NCBI GenBank assembly: GCA_965227515.1
Contig: CBDDFZ010000001.1
Location: forward strand, 96,001 to 160,000
DNA length: 64,000 bases
Direction of reading: 5' to 3'
From: Alphaproteobacteria bacterium
GTDB lineage: Bacteria; Pseudomonadota; Alphaproteobacteria; CALKHQ01
Shown here: positions 27,129 to 34,594 of the stretch, piece by piece
Layout of the letters: every line of letters starts with the position of its first letter
Position numbering within the stretch: the stretch's first letter is position 1
Notes under the pieces: generated by a model
Told to the model about the DNA's origin: nothing
What the model saw: the letters and a program-made list of their open reading frames with translations, nothing else
The model's database searches: none
Program-made: the position numbers and the translations under genes

Positions 27129-27295
27129 ACGGAGATTGGGCAGCAGCCAGAAACGCTAACAACGACAACCTCATCAGGTACGTAGATGGGCTAACGGCCC
27201 TTGTTTGGTGGCGTGCATGAGTGGTCGTCCCTCAAGATGTCGGTGTCATACACGGAGTCGGGTTTGCCGCTCCAAGACATCGAGGAGAGACGACC

Positions 27296-28339
27296 ATGAA
27301 CTACTATGCCGGGATTGACGTTTCTTTGGAATGGTCATCGGTATGCGTTGTTGACGGCGCGGGCGGGATTGTCTGCGAGGCTCGTATTGCGAGCACGCCG
27401 GCGGGTTTGTTGTTGTGGTTTGGGTCTTTGGGGATTTCGGTTGAGCGGATTGGTCTTGAGGCGGGGCCGTTGTCGCAATGGCTTGTGCGGGAGTGCGCGC
27501 AGGGCGGTCTTTCGGTTGAGTTGCTGGAGACGCGTCATGTTGCGCGGGCCCTTTCGACGATGCCGGTGAAGTCGGACCGCTCGGACGCACGCGGGATTGC
27601 TCAGCTGATGCGTGTGGGCTGGTTTCGGCCGGTTCACTGCAAGTCTTTGGCGGCCCAGGAGATGCGGGCCCTTTTGAAGGGTCGCGACCAGCTCCGCGCG
27701 AAGCTGCACGATCTTGAGATGCACCTTCGTGGTCAGCTGCGGAACTTCGGGCTGAAGGTAGGGCACACCACCAGGCGCAGCTTTTCGACACGTATTTCGG
27801 AGCTTGTGGCGGGGCATCCGGTACTGGAGGCGGTGGCGGGGGCGCTGCTGTCGGCACGCGATGGCCTGTTGCTATCGTTCACGGCGCTGGACCGGCAGGT
27901 CCGGGCGGCGGCGCAGGCCGACGATCGCGCTCGCCTGCTGATGACGGTGCCGGGCGTGGGGAGCATTGTCGGACTGACCTACTTGTCGGGAGTGGACGAC
28001 CCCGGGCGGTTTGCCTCGTCGCGCCTGGTGGGTGCGCACTTCGGCCTGACGCCGACCAAGCGCCAGTCGGGCGAGAGCGAGGTGATGGGGCGGATATCGA
28101 AGGTAGGGGACGCCGATGTGCGCTCGGCCCTCTATGAGGCGGCACACGTGGTTCTGACCCGGCCGATCGAGGGCGGCTGGCTGAAGAGCTGGGCGATGAA
28201 GCTGGCCAGGCGTGCGGGCATGAGGAAGGCGAAGGTCGCGCTGGCGCGCCGGCTCGCCGTCATCATGCACCGGATGTGGGTTGACGGCACACCGTTCAAC
28301 CATGCCGGACCGGTGCGCCCGGCGATGGCGACAGCATGA
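27296..28339 (+). CDS. IS110-family DEDD recombinase/transposase
   Basis: YAGIDVS (D), GLEAG (E), KSDRSDA (D,D) RuvC-like tetrad; TVPGVG, GL.P...QSG (conserved Ser), G.ISK.GD, KA.VALARRLA; GAGGAG RBS; ORF uninterrupted. Confidence 0.95.
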   Translation: MNYYAGIDVSLEWSSVCVVDGAGGIVCEARIASTPAGLLLWFGSLGISVERIGLEAGPLSQWLVRECAQGGLSVELLETRHVARALSTMPVKSDRSDARGIAQLMRVGWFRPVHCKSLAAQEMRALLKGRDQLRAKLHDLEMHLRGQLRNFGLKVGHTTRRSFSTRISELVAGHPVLEAVAGALLSARDGLLLSFTALDRQVRAAAQADDRARLLMTVPGVGSIVGLTYLSGVDDPGRFASSRLVGAHFGLTPTKRQSGESEVMGRISKVGDADVRSALYEAAHVVLTRPIEGGWLKSWAMKLARRAGMRKAKVALARRLAVIMHRMWVDGTPFNHAGPVRPAMATA

Positions 28340-28419
28340 TGGCCGCGGCATAAGGAGAACCGACACACGAGCTTCGACGGGCACCGACACCGGCCCGTCG
28401 AGCGCCGTCCCGCGCCGGG

Positions 28420-28560
28420 ACGATGGATCAGGTCAGGCCGCCATCCGGGATGTCGCCTCGCATGAGAGCACGCTTCCGTAGATTGGACCGACCGATCCTC
28501 GCATATCCATCTTGGCGGCGGCCCTGCGCCGACCCCGTACAGAAGCATGACCCAGGCGCC
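28420..28560 (+). ncRNA. Predicted bridge/seek RNA in the IS right end (boundaries approximate)
   Basis: Segments CCATCCGGG (28441-9), CGTAG (28477-81), CCATCTT (28507-13), TACAGAAG (28538-45) match target and donor junction sequences; GGATCAGGTC/GACCGATCC and GGCG/CGCC stems. Confidence 0.8.
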
Positions 28561-28605
28561 GGGACGACGAAAAAGGGATTGACCAACAATGGCCCGTTAC
28601 AGAAG

Positions 28606-28693
28606 CCCGGATGGAGCGCAACGTAATCCGGGGACGACAAGACTGCGTCGTTACGAATTGCCCCGGATTTCACGTCGTATCATCCGGGCTACG
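28606..28693. repeat. Inverted GTAG-REP dimer (REPIN-like); left REP split by the IS
   Basis: (CGTAG)CCCGGATGGAGCGCAACGTAATCCGGGG at 28606-28633 and CCCCGGATTTCACGTCGTATCATCCGGGCTACG at 28661-28693 (reverse complement begins CGTAGCCCGGATGA). Confidence 0.88.
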
Positions 28694-28730
28694 TGACCGA
28701 GCCCAGCGGCAGAAGTCATCGACCCGTTGC

Positions 28731-28854
28731 CGTCATTGCGAGGAGCGCCGCCCATCTCTTGGAATGGGGGGCGCGACGCGGCAATCCAGAGCAACCTATG
28801 CGACGTCACGTCAATCGCCTGGATCGCGTCGTCGTTTCACTCCTCGCGATGACG
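28731..28854. repeat. CGTC-tagged palindromic repeat, family B, copy 2
   Basis: CGTCATTGCGAGGAGC...GCGCGACGCGGCAATCCAGAGCAACC...CAATCGCCTGGATCGC...CTCGCGATGACG. Confidence 0.85.
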
Positions 28855-28905
28855 CCACACGTAGTGGGTGTGTCAGAGAATAGTGCCGGTGGTATGAGCC
28901 GGCGC

Positions 28906-29349
28906 CTACTCCGGGGCCAGGCGGCGCAGTATCTCGTAGAGACGGTCGAAGTCGGCATCGCCGATCTGCGCGCGGATGTCGGCCTCCACCTGGCGCTTGA
29001 CCCGTTCCGCATCCTGCTGCGCCTTCAGGCCCTTGTCGGTGTAGACGATGATCTTGGCGCGGCCGTCGTCAGGGTCGGGCCGGCGCGCCACAACGCCCTC
29101 GCGCTCCAGGTCGTCTACCATCTGCTGCACCGCCTGTTTGGTGAGCCCGATCCGCTGCACCAGCACCGACTGCTTGGTGCCGCGCGGGTCGATATACGGC
29201 AGGATCGAGCCACGCGCCTCCGCGTACCAGCCATGCCCCGCCGCGACCATGCCCTGCGCGAACGCCTGCTTCCAGCGCGCGGTCGCGTTCCACAGCCGCC
29301 AGCCGATGTGGTCGATGCGGGTACTGTTGAGGGTGTTTTCATGGTCCAT
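28906..29349 (-). CDS. MarR family transcriptional regulator
   Basis: L.QRIGLTKQAVQQMVDDLE..G.V.R.PDPDDGRAKII..T.KG winged-HTH pattern. Confidence 0.9.
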   Translation of the reverse strand: MDHENTLNSTRIDHIGWRLWNATARWKQAFAQGMVAAGHGWYAEARGSILPYIDPRGTKQSVLVQRIGLTKQAVQQMVDDLEREGVVARRPDPDDGRAKIIVYTDKGLKAQQDAERVKRQVEADIRAQIGDADFDRLYEILRRLAPE

Positions 29350-29351
29350 TA

Positions 29352-29403
29352 GTCAAGTCACTTGACGAAGTGCGTTCATGGTCATATGGTCAAGTTACTT
29401 GAC
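29352..29403. promoter_or_regulatory. Two perfect palindromic operators GTCAAGTNACTTGAC, likely bound by the adjacent MarR
   Basis: GTCAAGTCACTTGAC 29352-29366 and GTCAAGTTACTTGAC 29389-29403 in the divergent intergenic region. Confidence 0.8.
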
Positions 29404-29471
29404 GAGTTAATCCACGTCCAGCGCAGCCACCACCGCGAACGCTCGACGCCATGCCAACGAAGGAAAGAGCC

Positions 29472-29795
29472 ATGCAATTCCTGATCAAGGACATCCTGCT
29501 CACCGTCATGCTGGGCAGCACCCATTATGTCGATATCGGCCAGCCGCAGCAGGCCGTGATCTACTACCAGACCGAGGAAACCGCCTACATCCGCTTTCCC
29601 GACGGCAACGTCCTGCAGGGCGACTGGAACCTGACCGAGACCGGCTATCACGTCGCCTGGCAGGGCGGGCCGAGCGCGGAATGGCGCATCGCCCATCAGC
29701 CGGGCCGGTTCTGGTATGTCGACGACACGGGCGCAGAGCGCGGCGACATCACCATGATCGTGCCTGGCGACCCGGAGGGATTGGCAGCCAACTAA
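29472..29795 (+). CDS. Small hypothetical protein, probably beta-rich
   Basis: AAGGAAAGAG RBS, host-like codon usage, divergent from marR. Confidence 0.75.
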   Translation: MQFLIKDILLTVMLGSTHYVDIGQPQQAVIYYQTEETAYIRFPDGNVLQGDWNLTETGYHVAWQGGPSAEWRIAHQPGRFWYVDDTGAERGDITMIVPGDPEGLAAN

Positions 29796-30883
29796 CGGTC
29801 CGGGTTGAAGGGGCCGAGGTCGATTGTCGTGCGGCCGTCCGCGATCAGTTCGGCGATCGCCTCCCCCGTCGCCGGGGCATCGAGGATGCCCCACACGCTG
29901 TGGCCGGTGGCGACATACGCGCCGGCCACCCCGCCGACACCGCCAACCGGGCCGATCAGCGGCAGCCCGTCGCGGGTCACCGGCCGGTAGCAGGCCTGCT
30001 CGGCGAGGATCTCCGACGACTTCAACAAAGGCGCCACCGCCGCCGCCGCATCGCGCAGTCTCTCCGCCGCGCCATCGTCGGGCGTCACCGCCGCCGCATC
30101 GGCGGTCAGCGGCTGCTCGCTGGACAGGCCGCAGACATAGACCGTGCCGTCGGGCCGCGGGTAGATCTCCGGCGACAAAGTCCCGCCCCCGCCCAGCTCC
30201 ACGTCCGCAAAGACGGCATGCGCCGGCACCTCGCGATCGGGCCGAAACACCACGCTGTTGCCCTTCAGGCCGTAGACCATCGGCAGCGGCAACCACTGGG
30301 TCGCCAGCACCGACCAGGGGCCGAGCGCGATCACCGCCGCATCGCACCCGTGCGGCTCGCCATCGACCACCACCGCTTCCACGGCGTCGCCGGCGTCGTT
30401 GAGATCGACCCCATCCACACTGCCGGACAGCAGCTGCGCGCTGGCCTCCTGGGCCATTTCCATCATCGCCTTTGTGAATTCGCCGGGATGCACCTGGGCG
30501 GTGGTCTGGGTGCCGCCGAGCCGGCCCTGCAGCGCGGCACCGGCCGAAACCCAGGCCGGCAGCTCGCCGCGCCCATGGGCGGAGATGTCGCGCTGGCCGC
30601 TGGCGGCGATGCTCAGGGTCTCCATCCGCCGGTAGCCCCAGTCACGGCCCGACGTTTCGGCCGCCGTCTCGGCCAGCTCGGCATGCAGCGCGAAGCTGCG
30701 CCGGGCGAGCGCGCTGAGCGGCGAATGGTCGTTCCAGTCCAGCGCCAGGAAGCCGCCCGACTTGCCGGAGGCGGCACAGGCCACGCCGGTGCGCTCGACC
30801 ACCGTGACCTCGATTCCGCGCAGCGTGAGGAAATACGCGCAGCACGCGCCGATCACCCCGCCGCCGCAGACGATGACATGCAT
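29792..30883 (-). CDS. FAD-dependent oxidoreductase (DAO / glycine oxidase family)
   Basis: VIVCGGGVIG FAD motif, ASGKSGGFL, ACYRP.T.DG.P.IG, ATGHSVWGIL. Confidence 0.88.
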   Translation of the reverse strand: MHVIVCGGGVIGACCAYFLTLRGIEVTVVERTGVACAASGKSGGFLALDWNDHSPLSALARRSFALHAELAETAAETSGRDWGYRRMETLSIAASGQRDISAHGRGELPAWVSAGAALQGRLGGTQTTAQVHPGEFTKAMMEMAQEASAQLLSGSVDGVDLNDAGDAVEAVVVDGEPHGCDAAVIALGPWSVLATQWLPLPMVYGLKGNSVVFRPDREVPAHAVFADVELGGGGTLSPEIYPRPDGTVYVCGLSSEQPLTADAAAVTPDDGAAERLRDAAAAVAPLLKSSEILAEQACYRPVTRDGLPLIGPVGGVGGVAGAYVATGHSVWGILDAPATGEAIAELIADGRTTIDLGPFNPDR

Positions 30884-30914
30884 CAGCGCGCGCTGCCCGG
30901 GATGGCCAGAGACC

Positions 30915-31421
30915 CTAGTGCCACAGTTTCGGCAGGCCCTCGCCCGCGCCCCACATCGGGTCGGAGGCCGGCACCGGCACGGCCGCCGTCTCGCGCACCG
31001 CGCGTTCCAGGTCGACATCGCCGGCATTGGTCACCGCGCCGTTTTGGCCCGGCGGGTAGCCGCCGACCACCTTGAACCCCGGCGCTTGCGACATCCGCTT
31101 GTGGCCGACGCCGGCCGGGATGATCACCACGTCACCCTCGTTGAAATCGGCAACGATGCCGTGGTCGCCGCCGAAGCCGACCCTGGCACTGCCGGAGATG
31201 CAGCCCAGCACCTCGTGCGCGTGCAGGTGATAGTGCCAATAGGCGAACACGCCGTTCAGCCAGGTGCCCTGCCAGCCATTGCCGTGGAACACGCCCGCGC
31301 AGCCATCGGCGCTGACCGCGTCGCTCGACAGCGCACCGCGATAGACGACCAGCGGAAACCGGTTGTTGGGAATGCCGTCGCCGGCCTCCAGCACGTAGGT
31401 CTCGACGTTCATCTCAGCCAT
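30915..31421 (-). CDS. Cupin-domain protein (YjlB-like)
   Basis: IPNN.FPL..Y, W..GVF.YWHYH..AHEVLG, GDVVIIPAGVGH, VVGGYP. Confidence 0.85.
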   Translation of the reverse strand: MAEMNVETYVLEAGDGIPNNRFPLVVYRGALSSDAVSADGCAGVFHGNGWQGTWLNGVFAYWHYHLHAHEVLGCISGSARVGFGGDHGIVADFNEGDVVIIPAGVGHKRMSQAPGFKVVGGYPPGQNGAVTNAGDVDLERAVRETAAVPVPASDPMWGAGEGLPKLWH

Positions 31422-31486
31422 CGGCCCGCCCCCGCATGTTTAAGGATGCCGCCGCAGTATAGCCGCCGAACGCTCGGACGGCGACG

Positions 31487-31547
31487 TGCCCATGACTCGT
31501 GCACATGACTCGGGCACTTCGGCCACGAAATGATCAAGACTCGGGCA
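31487..31547. promoter_or_regulatory. NtrC-like enhancer boxes (TGCAC-N7-GTGCA type)
   Basis: TGCCC-ATGACTC-GTGCA 31487-31503, TGCAC-ATGACTC-GGGCA 31500-31516, TGATC-AAGACTC-GGGCA 31531-31547; upstream of a sigma-54 site. Confidence 0.65.
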
Positions 31548-31589
31548 GACGCAATGCAACAGCCGGTTGATTCGGCGGCCATCCAGCCT

Positions 31590-31604
31590 TGGCACGAGTC
31601 TTGC
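31590..31604 (+). promoter_or_regulatory. Sigma-54 (-24/-12) promoter
   Basis: TGGCAC-GAGTC-TTGC matches TGGCAC-N5-TTGC; predicted +1 near 31616, just before the riboswitch. Confidence 0.85.
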
Positions 31605-31622
31605 CCCGTCGAACGCCATAAT

Positions 31623-31763
31623 GCGCCTAGGGTTCCGGTCGCCACCGGTCCGACGCACGGCTGGCGGCGATGCCTGGTCCGAGAGGTGCACTCCCGGTAC
31701 GCCCCCATGTGAGAAATCATGGCTGGGCTTGCCGGAGCCACGGCGGGACAAAAGCCCGGGAGG
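31623..31763 (+). ncRNA. Guanidine-I (ykkC-yxkD) riboswitch
   Basis: CTAGGGTTCCG...CTGGTCCGAGAG...ACGGCGGGACAAAAGCCCGGGAGG hallmark segments upstream of an ABC importer and ureohydrolase. Confidence 0.92.
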
Positions 31764-31859
31764 CTCGACCGGCGACGCTCGAAAGGCGGTCGACCGGCGA
31801 CGCTCTCCCATGGCGTTGCTTCCGGAAGGGCCTCCCCCGACACGAGAAGGGGGTCTGAC

Positions 31860-32933
31860 ATGCGCATTTTCCGAACACTGGCAGGCGGCGCGCTGGTCGC
31901 GGCGGCACTCGGCATCGCGATGGCCGCGCCATCGGGCGCCATGGCGCAGGAGAAAACGTCGTTCCGCATCGCCTGGTCGATCTATGTCGGCTGGATGCCG
32001 TGGGGCTATGCCGCCGACCAGGGCATCGTCGACAAGTGGGCCGAGAAGTACGGCATCGAGATCGAGGTCGTGCAGATCAACGACTACATCGAGTCGATCA
32101 ACCAGTACACGGCCGGCGCGTTCGACGGCTGCGTCATGACCAACATGGACGCGCTGACCATCCCGGCGGTCGGCGGCGTGGACTCGACCGCGCTGATCGT
32201 CGGCGATTTCTCCAATGGCAATGACGGCATCGTCTCCAAGACCGCGACCGACATCGCGGGGCTGGCCGGCGGTTCGGTGAACCTGGTCGAGCTCAGCGTC
32301 TCCCACTACCTGCTGGCGCGCGCGCTGGAGACCGCCGATCTGACCGAGCGGGACCTGACCGTGATCAACACCTCCGACGCCGACATCGTGTCGGTGTTCA
32401 CCGCGTCGGACGAGGTGGAAACGGTCGTCACCTGGAACCCGCTGCTGGCGGAAGTCGGCGCCTTCCCGGGCGCGACCGCGTTGTTCGACTCAAGCCAGAT
32501 CCCCGGCGAGATCATCGACATGATGGTGGTCAACACCGAGGTGCTGGCCGCCAACCCGGACTTCGCCAAGGCGCTGGTCGGCGCGTGGTACGAGACCATG
32601 GCGCTGATGGCGGGCGACGACGAGGCCGCCATCGCGGCGCGCACCGCCATGGGCGTGGCGTCCGGCACCGATCTCGCCGGCTACGACGCGCAGCTCGCCA
32701 GCACGCAGATGTTCTTCGAGCCGGCCGCGGCGGTGGAGTTCGTGCTCAGCCCGGCGCTGATCGAGACCATGGACAACGTGCGCCGCTTCTCCGACGAGCA
32801 CGGCCTGATCGGCGCCGACCTGGACTATGTCGGCATCGGGTTCCCCGGCGGCGAGGTGCTGGGCGACGAAGGCAACGTCAAGCTGCGCTTCGACGAGACC
32901 TACATGCAGATGGCGGCCGACGGGGCGCTGTAG
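31860..32933 (+). CDS. ABC substrate-binding protein ('putative urea ABC' family; likely guanidine-binding)
   Basis: Signal peptide, AWSIYVGWMPW, NDYIESINQYTAG, SNGNDG, SSQIPGEIID; directly under the riboswitch. Confidence 0.9.
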   Translation: MRIFRTLAGGALVAAALGIAMAAPSGAMAQEKTSFRIAWSIYVGWMPWGYAADQGIVDKWAEKYGIEIEVVQINDYIESINQYTAGAFDGCVMTNMDALTIPAVGGVDSTALIVGDFSNGNDGIVSKTATDIAGLAGGSVNLVELSVSHYLLARALETADLTERDLTVINTSDADIVSVFTASDEVETVVTWNPLLAEVGAFPGATALFDSSQIPGEIIDMMVVNTEVLAANPDFAKALVGAWYETMALMAGDDEAAIAARTAMGVASGTDLAGYDAQLASTQMFFEPAAAVEFVLSPALIETMDNVRRFSDEHGLIGADLDYVGIGFPGGEVLGDEGNVKLRFDETYMQMAADGAL

Positions 32934-32969
32934 CCCGGCGGAGACGGTGACCTTGCGTGCGGGTGGCCC

Positions 32970-33782
32970 GTGCCCCGGCTGATCAACCGCAAGCCGGGGC
33001 GCGAGGCGCGCCTGCTGCTCGGCATCCTGCCGTTCATCCTGCTGATCGTCGGCTATCAGGTCGCGTCGTCGGCGCGGCTGGCCGAGAACGAGGCCGACAA
33101 GCTGTTGCCCTCGTTCGCGACCATGGCGGAGGCCATCGACCAGATGGCCTTCAGCGAGGACCGGCGCACCGGGGAGTATTTGTTGTGGGTGGACACCGGG
33201 GCGAGCCTGATGCGGCTGGCCATCGGCGTGGTGGCGGCGGCCATCATCGGTATCGGCCTGGGCGTGATGATCGGGCTGCTGCCCCTGATATCGGGCCTGT
33301 TGTCGCCGTTCATGGCGGTGCTGTCGATGATCCCGCCATTGGCGCTGCTGCCGATCCTGTTCATCGCCTTCGGTACCGAAGAACTGGCCAAGGTGGTGCT
33401 GATCGTGTTCGGCATCGCGCCATTCCTGGTTCGCGACCTGGCCATGCGCACCGGCGAGATTCCGTCCGAGCTGCTAATCAAGTCGCAGACGCTGGGCGCC
33501 TCGAGCTGGCAGATCTACACCCGGGTGGCGCTGCCGATGGCGCTGCCGCGGCTGATCTCCGGGGTGCGGCTGGCGCTGGGCCCGGCCTGGCTGTTCCTGA
33601 TCGCGTCGGAGGCCATCGCGTCGACCGAAGGGCTGGGCTACCGCATCTTCCTGGTCCGCCGCTTCCTGTCGATGGACATCATCCTGGTCTACGTCGCCTG
33701 GATCACGCTGTTGGCCTACGTGATCGACTACCTGCTCGCCATGCTGTCCCGGCGGGCGTTCGCGTGGGCGCACAAGACATGA
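32970..33782 (+). CDS. ABC transporter permease (NitT/TauT type)
   Basis: IPPLALLPILFI, TLGAS.WQ, AWLFLIASEAI...GLGYRIFLVRR. Confidence 0.9.
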   Translation: MPRLINRKPGREARLLLGILPFILLIVGYQVASSARLAENEADKLLPSFATMAEAIDQMAFSEDRRTGEYLLWVDTGASLMRLAIGVVAAAIIGIGLGVMIGLLPLISGLLSPFMAVLSMIPPLALLPILFIAFGTEELAKVVLIVFGIAPFLVRDLAMRTGEIPSELLIKSQTLGASSWQIYTRVALPMALPRLISGVRLALGPAWLFLIASEAIASTEGLGYRIFLVRRFLSMDIILVYVAWITLLAYVIDYLLAMLSRRAFAWAHKT

Positions 33783-34594
33783 GCGACGTGGCGGTGCGTG
33801 ACGTCGCGAAGTCGTTTGGCCCCAAGCCGGTGCTGGAGGGGCTCGATTTCACCGTCGACAGCGGCGCATTCTGCACCATGGTCGGCGCCAGCGGCTGCGG
33901 CAAGACCACGTTCCTGCGCATGCTGCTGGGGGTGGAGCAGCCCACCAGCGGGCAGATTCTCATCGGCGGCACGCCGCTGGCGCCGGAACCCGGCGTCGAC
34001 CGCGGCGTGGTGTTCCAGCGCTACTCGGTGTTTCCGCACTTGAGCGTGCTCCGGAACGTGATCCTGGGGCTGGAGTTCCGCGGCAATCGCTGGCTGGGAC
34101 AATTGTACGGCGCGGCGAGGGGCGCCGCTGTCGTGCGCGGCATGGAGGCACTGGAAGCGGTGGGCCTGGCGCAAGTGCGCGACGCCATGCCGACCGAGCT
34201 TTCCGGCGGCATGCTGCAGCGCCTCGCCATTGCCCAGGCGCTGATCGTGGAGCCGCGCTTCCTGCTGCTCGACGAGCCGTTCGGTGCGCTCGACCCCGGC
34301 ATCCGCAACGACATGCACGAGCTGATCGACCGGCTGTGGCGCGAGAACGACATGACCATTTTCATGATCACCCACGACCTGAAGGAGGCGTTCAAGCTGG
34401 GCACCCGGGTGCTGACCTTCGACAAGGTGCGCCATGACATCGAGGCACCGGATACCGTTGGCGCCACCATCACCTACGACCTGCCCGGCTACAACAACCG
34501 CCAGCGGCCCAGCCTGGCCGAGCGCAACACGAACGTGGCCGTGCCCAACCGGGGCGCGGCCGCCCCCACAGGAGGAAACGACCACCATGCGTAG
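33779..34594 (+). CDS. ABC transporter ATP-binding protein (NitT/TauT type)
   Basis: GASGCGKT, VFQRYSVFPHL, LSGGM.QR, LLLDEPFGALD; ATGA overlap. Confidence 0.92.
   Translation: MSDVAVRDVAKSFGPKPVLEGLDFTVDSGAFCTMVGASGCGKTTFLRMLLGVEQPTSGQILIGGTPLAPEPGVDRGVVFQRYSVFPHLSVLRNVILGLEFRGNRWLGQLYGAARGAAVVRGMEALEAVGLAQVRDAMPTELSGGMLQRLAIAQALIVEPRFLLLDEPFGALDPGIRNDMHELIDRLWRENDMTIFMITHDLKEAFKLGTRVLTFDKVRHDIEAPDTVGATITYDLPGYNNRQRPSLAERNTNVAVPNRGAAAPTGGNDHHA

Larger units (their letters stand above)
27186..28605 (+). mobile_element. IS110-family, IS1111-subgroup insertion sequence (~1.42 kb) inserted in a GTAG-REP
   Basis: Sub-terminal imperfect inverted repeats TAACGGCCCTTGTTTGG (27192-27208) and CCAACAATGGCCCGTTA (28583-28599); AG dinucleotide at both junctions (27184-5, 28604-5); flanks rejoin to CGTAGCCCGGATGG; long non-coding right end. 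Confidence 0.92.

Noticed and set aside
31765-31805. Tandem guanidine-II (mini-ykkC) riboswitch after the guanidine-I aptamer
   Set aside because: The duplicated unit has ACGC rather than an ACGR tetraloop and lacks clean GC stems
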